In this document: in pieces, positions 12,752 to 26,218 of the stretch
How positions within the stretch are numbered: position 1 is the stretch's first letter
Layout: the number at the start of each line of letters is the position of its first letter
From: Octopus vulgaris
Taxonomy: Eukaryota
Assembly: GCA_951406725.2 (NCBI GenBank)
Contig: OX597831.1
Span: 36,456,001 to 36,520,000, forward strand
Direction of reading: 5' to 3'
DNA length: 64,000 bases
Program-made: the position numbers and the translations under genes
The notes under the pieces: generated by a model
Database searches by the model: none
Told to the model about the DNA's origin: nothing
What the model saw: the letters and a program-made list of their open reading frames with translations, nothing else

Positions 12752-13486
12752 AATTAATAATACTGAAATAAATAAATGAAAACAAGCAGCAAACGCAACC
12801 ACTACAAAATAAAAAAAAAATGTACCACAAAAGCAACAAAGTGAAGTATCACAAGAATTCCACCAAACATAAAACAGAAAGAAAAGTAAACAATAAAACC
12901 AATAAATACACTAACACAACACACACAAAAATCACCGCATAAAAAAAGAAAAAGTATAAAAAAAAACAGCAATACCAAGAATGACTACTCTTTCATCTTC
13001 CAAATGCCACTCACAAGGTTATACAGTAGAAGACAACACATACACAAGGTGTCGTGCAATGGAATTAAACCTAAAATCACCGGATAGCAAAGCAAACTTC
13101 TCCGCCAGATGTTTAAACAGTTTCCTATTTCATATAGTGAAAGGATGCAGTTCTACACGGAAACAATAGAGTAAATTTGTGAATATAAATTCCAGCTTCA
13201 CATATACACACACATTTTTACTGGAAACAACGACTCAGAAAATCCCTGCACGCACGTCAACATGGAAATTGTGTAAACTAATTGTTCCTCGTGTAAATTG
13301 AAATCATTTGAATTCGTTTGGTAACGAAATGTTTTCTATTTACTAAACCCAGCAACTAATTTGCTTCAGTCGGAATATATCAATATTTTCGAAGCATGAA
13401 TATATTTTTGAAGTTGTAACATTTTCTATGAAAACACACTAGAAGTTACGTTAGATCTTCAAAAACATAATTACTAGTATGGCTTT

Positions 13487-13606
13487 AATATATATATATA
13501 TATACGTATGTATGTATGTATGTATGTATGTATGTATGTATGTATGTATGTATGTATGTATGTATGTATGTATATATATATATATATATATATGTATATG
13601 TATATG

Positions 13607-13661
<55 letters not shown>

Positions 13662-13674
13662 ATATATAAATGTG

Positions 13675-13751
<77 letters not shown>

Positions 13752-13752
13752 G

Positions 13753-13783
<31 letters not shown>

Positions 13784-13840
13784 ATATATACATATATATA
13801 TATGTGTATGTATGTATGTATTATATGTATATACATGTAT
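13487..13840. repeat. Compound (TATG)n/(TA)n microsatellite
   Basis: Directly visible. Confidence 0.95.
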
Positions 13841-14635
13841 ACAAAATTTCTGTTCTTTAAGCTAACAACTTGGCTTAGAAATAACTCAATGCTAAATGAA
13901 CATAATTGTTTATTAAAAATCTATTCTGAATGATTCAAAATCAGTTCAAAACACAAAACTCTCGTGTGTACATCTAACTCAATACGTTCTCGATTGTAAA
14001 CATAATTAAATATCCAAAACCTGAAGTGTTTATCAGTCGTAAAGTTTATTGAGAGCTGTTATAAAAGAAGAGATCAATTGGTGTATATAAAACTAACGAA
14101 GAAGAAAAATATGAACTTCTTATATTTGATGTCATTAATATGGTGTAAATGTTTCAGAAATCTCAGTACCACTGCAATTATTTCAAAAGAACCAACTACA
14201 TTAAAGATACAACGTTGAAGTACACGAACTGCGTAATATATCGACACTGAAAGCTATGCTTTATTGAGGAGTTATATTAAAATTTAAACACACCCAGCGT
14301 TGTCTCCCATATATCTCCAAATATGATTTAACATTGTCTTTTCTTCAGGGCATATTTATATTTAATTAGTTTGTTGATGTTCTCGGCATAAAACGTGCTA
14401 ACACTAACAACATTATAACGGAGGTATTCCTTTTAGAAACAGCTCTATATTTCTATGCCAACCAGTATACGTTATAACGGTTACCACTACTACAAGAACG
14501 GTGAAGTCTGTTTTTCAATAAAGTAGTAATAAGACCAAACATGTCAAGAATTATCTCCCGTGCTTGGTGAAGTAATATGATATTGATTATTGAGTAATAC
14601 TGTTTTTCATCTTTTTTTAACCTTTACTACACAAA

Positions 14636-15060
14636 GGCGTAGGAGAAGCTGTGTGGTAAGTAGCTTGCTTCCCAACCACATGGTTCCGGATTCAGTCCCA
14701 CTGCGTAGCAATTTGGGAAAGTGTCTTCTACTATAGCCTCGAGCCGACCAAAGCCTTTTGAGTGGATTTGGTAGACGGGAACTGAAAGAATCCCGTCGTA
14801 TATATGTATATATATATATATATATGTATGTGTGTATGCGGATATATGTTTCTGTGTCTGTGTTTGTCCCCCAAGTTCGCTTGTCAACCGATGCTAGTGT
14901 GTTTACGTCCCCGTAACTTAGCGGTTCGGCAAAAGAAACCGATAGAATATGTACTAGGCTTACAAAGAATAAGTCCTGGGGTCAGTTTGTTCGGCTAAGG
15001 GGGGGGAGCTCCAGCATGGCTAAAGTCAAAAGACTGAAACAAGTAAAAGAGTAAAGAGAG
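14636..15060 (+). mobile_element. SINE family A, full length
   Basis: tRNA-like head (GCTGTGTGGT A box; GGATTCAGTCCC B box-like), full body and tail. Confidence 0.9.
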
Positions 15061-15089
15061 TAATTATTTCCAGTCGTTGTTTTACCATA

Positions 15090-15107
15090 TCTATAAAAAG
15101 GAGGATG

Positions 15108-15138
<31 letters not shown>

Positions 15139-16193
15139 ACGTGATTGTAATTTATGCACGTCCACAAATTTGCACGCATGTCGCTCAAATTTTAGGAGGA
15201 CATTTGTCAACATCCTATCTGGGTTTTGTCGACTTATTTTTTCCCCGAGGCACCCGCGGATAGGGTAAAAATCTATTTTCAACCATAGCTTTTAACCATA
15301 GCTTTTAACCATAACAAATATCAGCCATTGCTTTTTGATGGCGTCTAACAAAAAAGATAAGATAAAGGAAAGTGGAAGAAGGAGGCAGAGAGTTTCACGG
15401 GAAAGACAAAGTGAGAGAGACAGAGACAGAGAGTAAGGGACTACTACGTTCATAAAAAATAAAATGTAAAATTTGTTTTTTTGTTTTTGAATGGCACACT
15501 ATATTTTATAATCATAGTATATATACTTTCTCACACAACAATTACAATATATTTATTTATTTTAAATCGTTCAGCTTTCTCCCCCTTCTCTCTCTCCCAC
15601 ACATTACTTTGGGTGCGAAAGAGTTTTGTTTTTATTTTACGCCGAGTAAAAAAGAGTTTTGTTGACAATCTATTTATTTAACAACAAAGAAACAAAGAGG
15701 TGAGTAACAATTTGTCAGTGAATTACACAATATAAATGGGTACAATTTCCGAGGCTTCCACCACACCACACTCCGTTTCACGGACCATGGAAAGGGTTTT
15801 GAAGCCAGAGTAGTTGATTCCATGCAAAAAAAACGATTTTTTTTCTTAGTGAAAATTGTGCGAGTGTTAATCTACAAATTTAACAACATTTTTCCCATTC
15901 ATTTCTGTTTATGAACATGTATGCGTGCACAAAACATGCAACAGGTGTACGTACGTACGTGTGTGTATGTGTGTTCGTGTATGTTGCCCATATATATTTA
16001 TATTATATTATATATATATAATATATATAATATATATATAATATATATATATACATATATATATAATATAACTAATTTCAACGGATTTCGCCCAAATTTG
16101 ACGTCTATATTACTTAGTTTGGTTTGAAATAAAGAACTTGATTAGCTTAATAAACGTAACTTGATCCCGGGCAAGGCAGGGTTATACTGCTAG
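15090..16193 (+). mobile_element. Non-autonomous Helitron
   Basis: A|TCTATAAAAAG 5' end followed by (TG)n. 3' hairpin CCCGGGCAAGGCAGGG (16166-16181) then CTAG|T. Confidence 0.65.
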
Positions 16194-16322
16194 TATTCTC
16201 TAATAATGAAAACTTCAAGAAAACTTGGCTAAAGTGGTAAGATTATCTATTAGGTTAGCTACAATTGTTTAAGCCAATATGTCGATTTACATGTATATAT
16301 ACATGTTGATGTAGGTACGTAC

Positions 16323-16353
<31 letters not shown>

Positions 16354-16371
16354 CATATATTTTATTTATTA

Positions 16372-16411
<40 letters not shown>

Positions 16412-18027
16412 CACGAAAAGAAAATTTTAAACATAGGAGACCAAGAAATGTGAAATGTTTCGTGCTTAGGGGAAAGAAAAATTAAAGGCCATGATTGCTT
16501 ATTCATATCAATTTCCATTCAAACTTTTATACTTACATTTGGGAATTAAAGTACTTCAATAACAGCAAGAATTACTGCTTCAAGAATTTACTTTTTTAAA
16601 CTCAAAAGTGTTGATATATTTTTGTAGGGATGTTAGTAATAGTCAAAAACAATTTAGTATTACCTCTCAGCACTAGATGTATAAGCATTGATACTTCGGT
16701 TACAACAACTGTAGATTATTGCTTCTTTAAAACATTTTGGCTTCATTAGAAGAATATTCAGTAGAAAAATCATTGCAACCCTAATTTGAAATCTTAACTC
16801 AAAGAAAGGTGCAAAAGTTCAGTCACCTCAGTCTACTAGGCTTTCAACAGGTACCTTCCATTTCATAGTTTGGTGACTCAAGATAGTAGGAAATACTTGT
16901 TCCAATGATCTGAAACCGTCCAAATTTGCAAAGAGACATCTCACTCTTGCTGATAAGTAACACGGTACACTAAAGAATTCTCTGAAATCATAATATCACA
17001 AAATAGATCCTAATAAATTTGAAATTACACACCTGAAATATGAAAGAAACCATTCATCTTTAAATTTGGTATATTCACTACTCAAGGCTAAATTCCCTTT
17101 ATTCTGCTCTTTCAAAACACACACATATACAACTAAACCCTCCTGCTTACACATAGGCATGCACACCCTGACAGGCGCACACATCACACACACCGATTCC
17201 GCTGTTGCTATTCTTGTTGTGTATGTTTGACATTTCAGTCAAACATTTACATCTTTTCTTCTCTACTTGGAAACTTTGTTCAGCCAAACTACTTTTCTAT
17301 TTCCAGCCTCCTTTATTACCGTAGCTCTCTGGTAAGAGCTCAGTTCTCTTCCGCAGTAAAGGGTCTGAGCTCGAAGCATCAAAACTGACCTCTTGTTACG
17401 GACACACATTTATTTCAACTAGCACAGTTGCTCCCAGATTATTACTGATGATGCGTACCACTCTGGTTCCCTCCTCTTCTGTATTTTCTAAGATCACCGT
17501 GCGTCTGAGAATACTATAGATTTGTCCCTAGAAAGTTCTACTTCTAAACTGGGCTTTTTATAGAAATAACAGTCACCCACACACGCAAGTCTCATATCTC
17601 AATGCCACCAACGTTGTCCAAAAGATAGACAATGACTTAATACAGCTTGGTACAATATTGACGCAAGCATTGTTGTAAAAATGCCAAGAGCGAGAACAGA
17701 TATCACAAGGCCTCCTGTTCGATGTTCTAACATTTCTATCAGTCCATGACTCTGGAGTGTTACTTTATTTATTGACAAAGAAAAATTGAAAACCTAACTC
17801 GACTTCAGAGGATTTTGAACTCAGAGTGTTGAAAGCCGAAACAAATACTTCCAAGCATTCTATTCGATTCTTTTATTTCAACGTCTAATAAATGAGTGTG
17901 TATTATATGACAACAGCTGGGGCCTGTTAGATTTGTACAAAATCTTCAAGTAGATTCCTTTCTGAGGTAAATTACTCAAATGTTGGTGAGTGTAAAATAT
18001 ATCTATTTGTCCGTGTAACACCAATAT

Positions 18028-18195
18028 AACGGAAGGTTTCCGAAAATAAACAAAAGACGAAGGCAGGTGGAGTACAAACAAATAATGTATTAGTATGGCG
18101 CTCGGGAATAGAAATAAAACAAGTCTTTTACGTTTCGAGCCTACGCTCTTCGACAGAAAGATACACAGAAAAGAAACAAGGAGAGAAAAAAAATA
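18028..18195 (-). mobile_element. Penelope-like non-autonomous repeat (family P1) with hammerhead-like motif
   Basis: Colinear with 23095-23308 and with 47466-47655 (opposite strand). Motif at 18124-18161. Confidence 0.65.
18124..18161 (-). ncRNA. Minimal type-I hammerhead-ribozyme-like motif (A6U variant)
   Basis: UCUUU-CUGUCGA-A-GAGC(GUAG)GCUC-GAAA-CG-UA-AAAGA: 5-bp stem I, 4-bp stem II and palindromic ACGU stem III. Confidence 0.55.
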
Positions 18196-19004
18196 TAAGC
18201 TCATCTTAGAAAAATACTGACGATTTTCATTAACACACCCACATTTAAAAGAACACTAAATGAAAACATCTATCTATATAGTTACATAGAAAAACCGAAG
18301 CAGGCAACTGTCTTGATTTTTCTTTTTACATTACTTCAAATCATTTACTATTCAGATCAGGTGGCAGCTACTCAGAGAATATCCGCCTGAGTAAAACTTG
18401 TGTGTTTCCTAAGAAATGAGTGGTGATATGGTCTATTCTCTAAAGTTAAACACTAGCCCAAAGAATACTCAAATAGATAGATCTAAAGAATATTTTACAT
18501 TACATCTTCGTACACTAACTTTGGTTTCTCAGAAGAGAAATACAGAAGTGGTGAAGGTTGATCTCGAGATGCTTCTCTCAGAACAGAGAGAATAAATAAT
18601 TCCAGCATCATGCTGAAACAACCTACTCAAGCTGCAACAGTATCGAAAAACAAACAATAAAAAAATGATGATGACGATCTAAGATTTTAAAACTTGAAAC
18701 ATGTTGCATCCACTTCGAAGGTAACTGAAAGTTTATTGAGGAAGTTTGAGCTGCTGTATTGAGTGTATCAAGTGACTATATAAAAATGTCGATGCCCATC
18801 TAATCACTGTTACTATTGTTTAGTTATGTGCTCAAATAGACAATTAAAATAAAAGCATACAACAAAAATCAATAAATGAAATTCAGCTGCACACAAGATA
18901 GGTTTATGTTGAATAATAGCTGCAATTAAGAACGAAATGAAACATTTAAGTATTTAAATATTTATCACATCTATTTCCCTTACAGCATCTTGGATACAGA
19001 AAGT

Positions 19005-19005
19005 A

Positions 19006-19082
<77 letters not shown>
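19005..19082. repeat. (AAT)n microsatellite
   Basis: Directly visible. Confidence 0.95.
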
Positions 19083-19680
19083 TTGAAACCATTATTATTA
19101 TCGTTGTTGTTGATATAGTTGTTTATAGTGAGCTGGGGAAAGACTCTTTCTAAATGTTCTGAAGATTTTGGATTATGACTAGGAATATTCCAGGATCTAT
19201 TCCTTTCCTGTTCAGAATATTTTACAAAGGAACTTTGTCTGCAGGCTCAGAAATACATTCTCCAAATCAACTAATGTTTAAACGTCCGTTTCTTTTGGCG
19301 TATCTATTATTATTCTTTTTCTGATTTACTCACAAACATATAGCAACGAACAGGACAATACTTTAAAATAGTGTGGCGAGAAATCGGCTGAGATTCGAAC
19401 CATAGTTCCCAGTATTTCCCTGGTCTACAATCACGACCTAATATATTTTCATAAAAGGAAAAGAGTTCTCAATAAAGGATTGAAGGCCTACATCAATATG
19501 ATTTCACCAATCAGCACCGGCTGACATATGGTTGAGATGACAACGTCGGAGCAAGTAAATTTTCTCACGCAATGGATTCTAGAACATTCTAGCTTGCTTA
19601 CTCAACTAAAAGGGAGCTTTAGAAAATTAATATTTGTAAATCTCACAACGAGAGATATTCAGCAACAGCACTTTGTGGTA

Positions 19681-20035
19681 AAGATTGTTTGCCAACATAA
19701 CATGGCAGTCCTGGTTTAGGAAGAATGTTGCTGTAATTTAGCCCCAGGAGACATCATCTCCAGCTGGCTATACGACACGATCTGTGTCCTTATATTTTCG
19801 AGCAAGGGAATCTTGCAGCCCGACTCAGCTCAAAATAATATCTCAAAACAATAACTCAGAAATCGCGATACACAGATATTGCTTTGAGCTGAGTGTGGGT
19901 GATAGCTTTCCTTGTTCGAAAATATAAGGATACAGATTGTGTCGTATAATCAGCTGGGGACGATGTCTCCTGTGGCTAAATTACAGCAACATTCGTCCGA
20001 AAGCAGACTGCCATGTTATGTTGGCAAACAATCTT
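19681..20035. mobile_element. Foldback/MITE-like long inverted repeat
   Basis: Arms 19681-19843 and 19874-20035 are imperfect reverse complements around a 30-bp spacer. Confidence 0.85.
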
Positions 20036-21188
20036 CACTCCTAAGAGGGAGCTGTTTCAAGATTTGAACGAGTTAGTCGTTTGCCCTCGAAAATAGTCTC
20101 TCATTTTTTCCCCCTCTTTCTGTCCTATTCACAGCTCTAAACTAGTAGCCCCAATCAACCAATATTCACTATATGCAGTGATTCGTATGCCCTATACTAC
20201 TTTCATAATATTAATTTATCAGAACTTTGTTGTATCTTGGGAAGGTCATTACGCCAATAACTCGGGTTTCAAAACACGAGTTCATATTAAGAATCTTGCA
20301 AACCAGACCAAACGCAAAAACGAAATTTATTGGAAGTCTATTTATAGAAAGTCAACATGGTAACACCATTAGTAGGAGAGGTTGACAAGGTAAAAGTGAA
20401 GGGTGAAATACTGTATGTGAACTCCATAGCGAACGGTAGCATCATCTCGCCGTCTTATGATGATGAGGAAAATAAGGAGGTTGAGTGAGAAGAATTAACG
20501 GATTGAATGCCAAAGATGAAAAAACGAGAAGCATCACGCTCATAAATAGAAATGGATTTAAAGAGATAGTGACTAAAGCATTCGAGTTGATGCTTGAACT
20601 TGAAAACATGGTATTCACAGTACTTAGAATAGCAAATAAAGGACTTTCCAGCCGTGATAATGTATTACAATTTTTTTAGGAGCGAGAGGGACACGTAAAA
20701 TCATTTTGTTAGGCTTGGATGTATCTCATGCCGGTATCATTGTGAATTTTAGAATAGTAAGATCCGCTTTACACTTGTACATCTTGCTACATTTCCCATA
20801 TGAGAAATTCTTGCAAGAAACAGACTCGGCCACATTCAGTACAATAGGATGATGTCGATTTTCTTCCACTACTTCCCACTTGCCGCAGCCCATTTCACCT
20901 TTGCTAGTTGTAACTTCTGGGTCTTCAAATGAAACTTTACCCAAAGTTATTGCTCGACTTCAAATTGCTGTATTACATACCACATATCTCAATTTTCTTT
21001 CCAGGCACTGAAAGTAATCACTGAAGTTCAAACCCTGACAAGCTTGTGTTGTGGGCATTGATCTTCGCAGAGTTTACCTTTTATCAACAACTTTGTCATT
21101 CGCTCTCACAAGTTTCCTCCCAATGTTAACCTGAAATGATGTACATCAGTGTCAACAGCGAGACAAATGAAGTCTCTGCATTAATCTA

Positions 21189-21750
21189 TTGGGTTGTCCG
21201 GAAAGTTCGTGCGGATTTTTAAAGGAAAGAAAAAGGTCAATAAGTACTTGCCATTCCCCAAGCTCAACCAGGTGCTGATGAACAACGGATTTTGATAGGT
21301 TGAGGCTTTCTGCCAATTCTCGAGTTGTGCAATGTAGGTTATTCTCAATTAATGACTTGATTTGGTCATCATCTGTAGTGTATGGTCTGCCTGATCGCTC
21401 TTTATCAATAAGGCTACAATCTCCAGCTCGGAACCTTGCCAACCATTTCCGTACAGTTCTTTCGGATAAAGAAACATCACCATAAACTGCGCATATTTCT
21501 TTGGTTGCTTGTGAGGCATTTTTCCCTTTACAGAAAAAAAAAGCATCAAGTGCCGAAAATGAACATTTAAAGGGTCACAGAATTAAAACAAGTTAGAGGA
21601 ACATAAAACTTCTTCCACGAAAAGATAGCTTAAACTGTGCTCTAAATGGAGGTGTAGTCAAATCATCCTATTTTAAGGACTCAAATATGTTCTAAAATAA
21701 GTCGAAAGGTAAGCCACTATAAATCGGCACGAACTTTCCGGACAACCCAA
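21189..21750 (-). mobile_element. Internally deleted mariner transposon (N-terminal HTH of the transposase only)
   Basis: About 30-bp TIRs TTGGGTTGTCCGGAAAGTTCGTGC with TA on both sides. The minus strand reads GKNASQATKEICAVYG...TVRKWLARFRAGDCSLIDKERSGRP...TTRELAESLNLSKSVVHQHLVELG. Confidence 0.92.
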
Positions 21751-21879
21751 TACTTTCTCTGACATTGCCTAACAGCGTCAAGAATATGTGCGTCCCAGCG
21801 AATACACATAACAACCGAAAAGTACTGCTACTGAAAACGTTACTAATGTTTCATATCCTTCCTACACGTTGTCTATGTA

Positions 21880-22398
21880 CCGTAAATCCTCGAATATAGT
21901 CCGCCCTTGAGTATAATACGCAGGGGATTTTTAGGGGGCTGTACCTCTGAAAAACCTAAACCTTGTATATAAGACGCACTCCTTCTCTAACTTGAGTCGT
22001 GCGTAATTATGTCAGCAGCAACTAGTCGAACAAACACTTCTGCGCATGCGTAATACAATAATAGTGATGTTCTTAACTGTTATATGGGAATGTAAATATT
22101 TTTGCAAATTGTTTTTGTTACATGTCATTCTGCTGTGTTCTGAATACTTTTATTTTAATAAATGTTGCTTACTGTAAGTTATGGATGATTCTTTTATGAC
22201 TTCATTGCTTTCAGGCTTAGCTTAAGGTATTTTCGACATCACAAAAGGCTTCTGAATAAACATTGCCGGACAGCAAATAAAGACTCGGACATTGCTTAGA
22301 AAATATTTTTCATTTTTAACCTCGTATATAGTACGCACTAGGGATTTTGACCTTTAAATTTTGGGGAAAAAATGCGGATTATACTCGAGGATTTACTG
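21880..22398. mobile_element. pogo/Tigger-like MITE
   Basis: 25-bp TIRs CCGTAAATCCTCGAATATAGTCCGC / GCGGATTATACTCGAGGATTTACTG (3 mismatches), TA on both sides, internal sub-TIR repeats. Confidence 0.88.
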
Positions 22399-22928
22399 TA
22401 TCAAAAAGAGTACAGTAAACACGTAAGTATGCAGGTGTTGTAAACAAACCTCGTAGCTGATTGTTTAAAGCTACATATCTAGTATGAACATAATACATTA
22501 TCGGTTGTTGCTTACGGATGTAAAAATATTCCATCACCTGTTGAACAGTGGTGGCTCAAGAAATTTTCCAGGTACTGAAATCTGTCATCGGTTTTTAGTT
22601 AGCATAGTCTCTAACTGATAATAATGGTTGATACGTGTTAGGATTTTCCCCAGGGTTTATTTAAATTGCAGAAACTTTGCAGACAGTGCTACGACTACGT
22701 AGGAACTGTTACGTATAGTCTACAGACAAAAACCGTTCGTCAAATTTCACACAGAGGTACTAAAAGACTTCGATTTTGTACATAATTGTCTTACATGATT
22801 TTACTATTGTTTGGTGCCTAATGTACACGACTTGGTTGCAATTTCTAAATGCATGCAATACAGAAATATACAACAAGCAGAGTGGGCAAGACACGCACAG
22901 GTATACACATTAATAAATTACACACACG

Positions 22929-23585
<657 letters not shown>

Positions 23586-23586
<1 letters not shown>

Positions 23587-23920
23587 GGCTCAGTGGTTAG
23601 AGCGTCGAGCTTACGATCGTGAGGTTGTGAGCTCGAATCCCGGTCCGGGCTGCGTGTTGTGTTCTTGAGCAAAGCACTTTATTTTTCACGTTGCTCCAGT
23701 TCACTCAGCTGTAGAAATGAGTTGCGACGTCACAGGTGCCAAGCTGTATCGACCTTTGTCTTTCCCTAGGATAACACTGGTGGCGTGGAGAGGGGAGACT
23801 GGTACGCATGGGCGACTGCTGGTCTTCCATAAACAACCTTGCCCGGACTTGTGTCTAGGAGGGTAACTTTCTAGGTGCAATCCCATGGTCATTCATGACT
23901 GAAGGGGGTTTTTACCCTTC
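23586..23920 (+). mobile_element. tRNA-derived SINE family D (V-domain-like TTGTGTTCTTGAGCAA)
   Basis: A box TGGCTCAGTGG and B box-like GCTCGAATCC. Head shared with 57111-57355. Confidence 0.8.
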
Positions 23921-23932
23921 ATATATATACAT

Positions 23933-23975
<43 letters not shown>

Positions 23976-24370
23976 CTAGCAGTATCGCCCGGCGTTGCTC
24001 GGGTTTGTAAGGGAAATAATTATATAAGCATTTTTAGAGATGTAAAGTATAATAGCCATCTCAATATGGCTAACCACAAAGGGGGAGGGGTGTTACTGTA
24101 GCTTTTTACGTTCTGAGATTTAATAATAAATTTTAGAGAGTTACTTCCCTTATATATGTCAAAAATGTATTAAAAATTGGAAAAATTGATGGTAAATTTT
24201 TTTATAAATCGTAGACTCATCGTAGACGCGCGCTAATACCCAGACGGTCTCGATATGAATCACGACTATAAGATACCCGGTTTTGGTTAAACTGCACCGC
24301 AAAATGTGGGAGTAGTTAGGAATCTAAATCGTAGGAGACAGACACACAACCTCACTTTTATCTATAAAGA
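23976..24370 (-). mobile_element. Non-autonomous Helitron
   Basis: Minus strand A|TCTTTATAGATAAAA ... hairpin CCCGAGCAACGCCGGG ... CTAG|T. Confidence 0.8.
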
Positions 24371-24473
24371 TTTCCTCTATTTACATAATATTGAGGTCTC
24401 TTTCTTTCTTTTGTTATCTTACTGTTTTTACCAATATACATATATATATATATATATATATAAATATATATAT

Positions 24474-24797
24474 AGTTACAGAGATGTACTTGCATAGCAA
24501 GTGACTTGATCTGAGATCGTGTGCTGGAACGAAAACAGTTGCAGCGTTGAAGGTGTTTATAAGCCATTTAAGAAACACACAAAAACCGTTAGATTCACTT
24601 CAACATTTAAATTTAATTTGTCAAAATATTTTCGTCGCTTTGAGACCGCGACCTGTTAGCACGATATTTTTGTCAGTGAACAGGTGGCGGTCTCAAAGCG
24701 ACGAAAATATTTTGGCAAATTAAATTTAAATGTTGAAGTGAATGTAACGGTTTTTGTGTGTTTCTTAAATGGCTTACAAACACCTTCCACGCTGCAA
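24474..24797. mobile_element. Palindromic Penelope-like element in (TA)n (119-bp arms)
   Basis: Arms 24539-24657 and 24679-24797 with about 5 mismatches and a 21-nt spacer. Confidence 0.8.
24669..24719 (+). ncRNA. Minimal hammerhead-like motif with G3-C8 core swap
   Basis: UUUGUCA-GUGAACA-G-GU(G/C)GC(9 nt)GCGAC-GAAA-AUAU-UU-UGGCAAA: 7-bp stem I and palindromic AAUAUU stem III. Confidence 0.5.
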
Positions 24798-24874
24798 TAT
24801 ATATATACACATATATATATATGTATGTATGTGTGTATATGTGTATGCATGTATGTGTGTGTGTATGTGTGTGC

Positions 24875-25092
24875 GTGTCTGTGCTTGTGATTGTCCTCCA
24901 CCACTGCTTGACAACGAATGTTGGTTTGTTTACATCCCTGTCACCTAGTGGTTTGACAAAGGAAACAGATAGAATAAGTACAATGCTTACAAAAATAAAA
25001 CTGGAGTTGATTCATTAAACTACAATTCTTCAAGGCATTGCCCCAGCATGGCCACAGACCAATGGCTGGAAAAAGCAGAAGAATAAAAGAAT
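24875..25092 (+). mobile_element. SINE family A, diverged 3' half
   Basis: Colinear with the 3' half of family A. Confidence 0.75.
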
Positions 25093-25158
25093 ACATTCTC
25101 TGCTTTGGTCATATGTTGAAGGCATGAGAAAGCTTGAGTTTACATGAGAAGGCCTAAC

Positions 25159-25644
25159 AGACCTGGTAGAAACAGCAGCCAAATCTCCCTCAAATCACAC
25201 CTTACTGTCTTATGTATGTATATATATATATGAGCCAATGAGGGGGACCTCTACATGGTAGCTAGACCTGGTAGAAATAGCAGCCAAATTTCCCCCAAAT
25301 CACACCTTACTGTCTTATCTATGTATATATGTATGTATGAGCCTATGAGGGAGACCCCTCATGGCAGCTAGACCTGGTAGAAATAGCAGCCAAATTTCCC
25401 CCAAATCACACCTTACTGTCTTATCTATGTATATATGTATGTATGAGCCTATGAGGGAGACCCCTACATGGCAGCTAGACCTGGTAGAAATAGCAGCCAA
25501 ATTTCCCCCAAATCACACCTTACTGTCTTATCTATGTATATATATATGTATGTATGAGCCTATGAGGGAGACCCCTACATGGCAGCTAGACATGGTAGAA
25601 ATAGCAGCCAAATCTCCCTCAAATCACACCTTACTGTCTTATCT
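25159..25644 (+). repeat. Tandem array, about 105-111-bp unit x 4.5
   Basis: Units start at 25159, 25264, 25370, 25477 and 25588. The unit derives from the dispersed GAAATAGCAGCCAAATCTCCCTC repeat, also seen near 2950, 10800, 30560, 30780, 38150 and 44030. Confidence 0.95.
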
Positions 25645-26155
25645 TTCTGCTACTTGGATATAGGTATTATATTCGTCGTAAAAAAACTTTCCTGTCACAC
25701 ACTCACGCACACGCGCACACACACACACACACACGCACCCTCACACACACACACACACGCGCACACCCACACCCACCCACTCACACACACGCACGTTAGC
25801 TTACAATTTTATTTATATATTTGCGTGTCTGTGTGGAAAGAAGAAGTGGGAGGCAGAGTGAAAGAATCACTCACTACAGTAAGTGAATTAGTTTCATTTT
25901 ATTCGTTGCCCACTGTGTGTGTGCGTTTGCGTGTGGTGTAAACCAGACTAAGAAAAGCATTTGACACACACACCAGAATGTGAGTTTTCTGTAAATTTTG
26001 CTTAACTGGAGTTTAAATTTTAAAAACTGGAGCTGGCATGACGCAATGCATTGTACTCTTAAAAATGCAAGGTAAATTGTAATTGAAGAAATCCTATATT
26101 GTAGATTTGTATAACTCCCAAAGGGAGGCAGATAAAATCTGCCTTTTATAATAAG

Positions 26156-26218
<63 letters not shown>

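Noticed and set aside
25159-25644. CRISPR-like regular repeat
   Set aside because: The units are identical throughout with no unique spacers, the context is eukaryotic and there are no cas genes.
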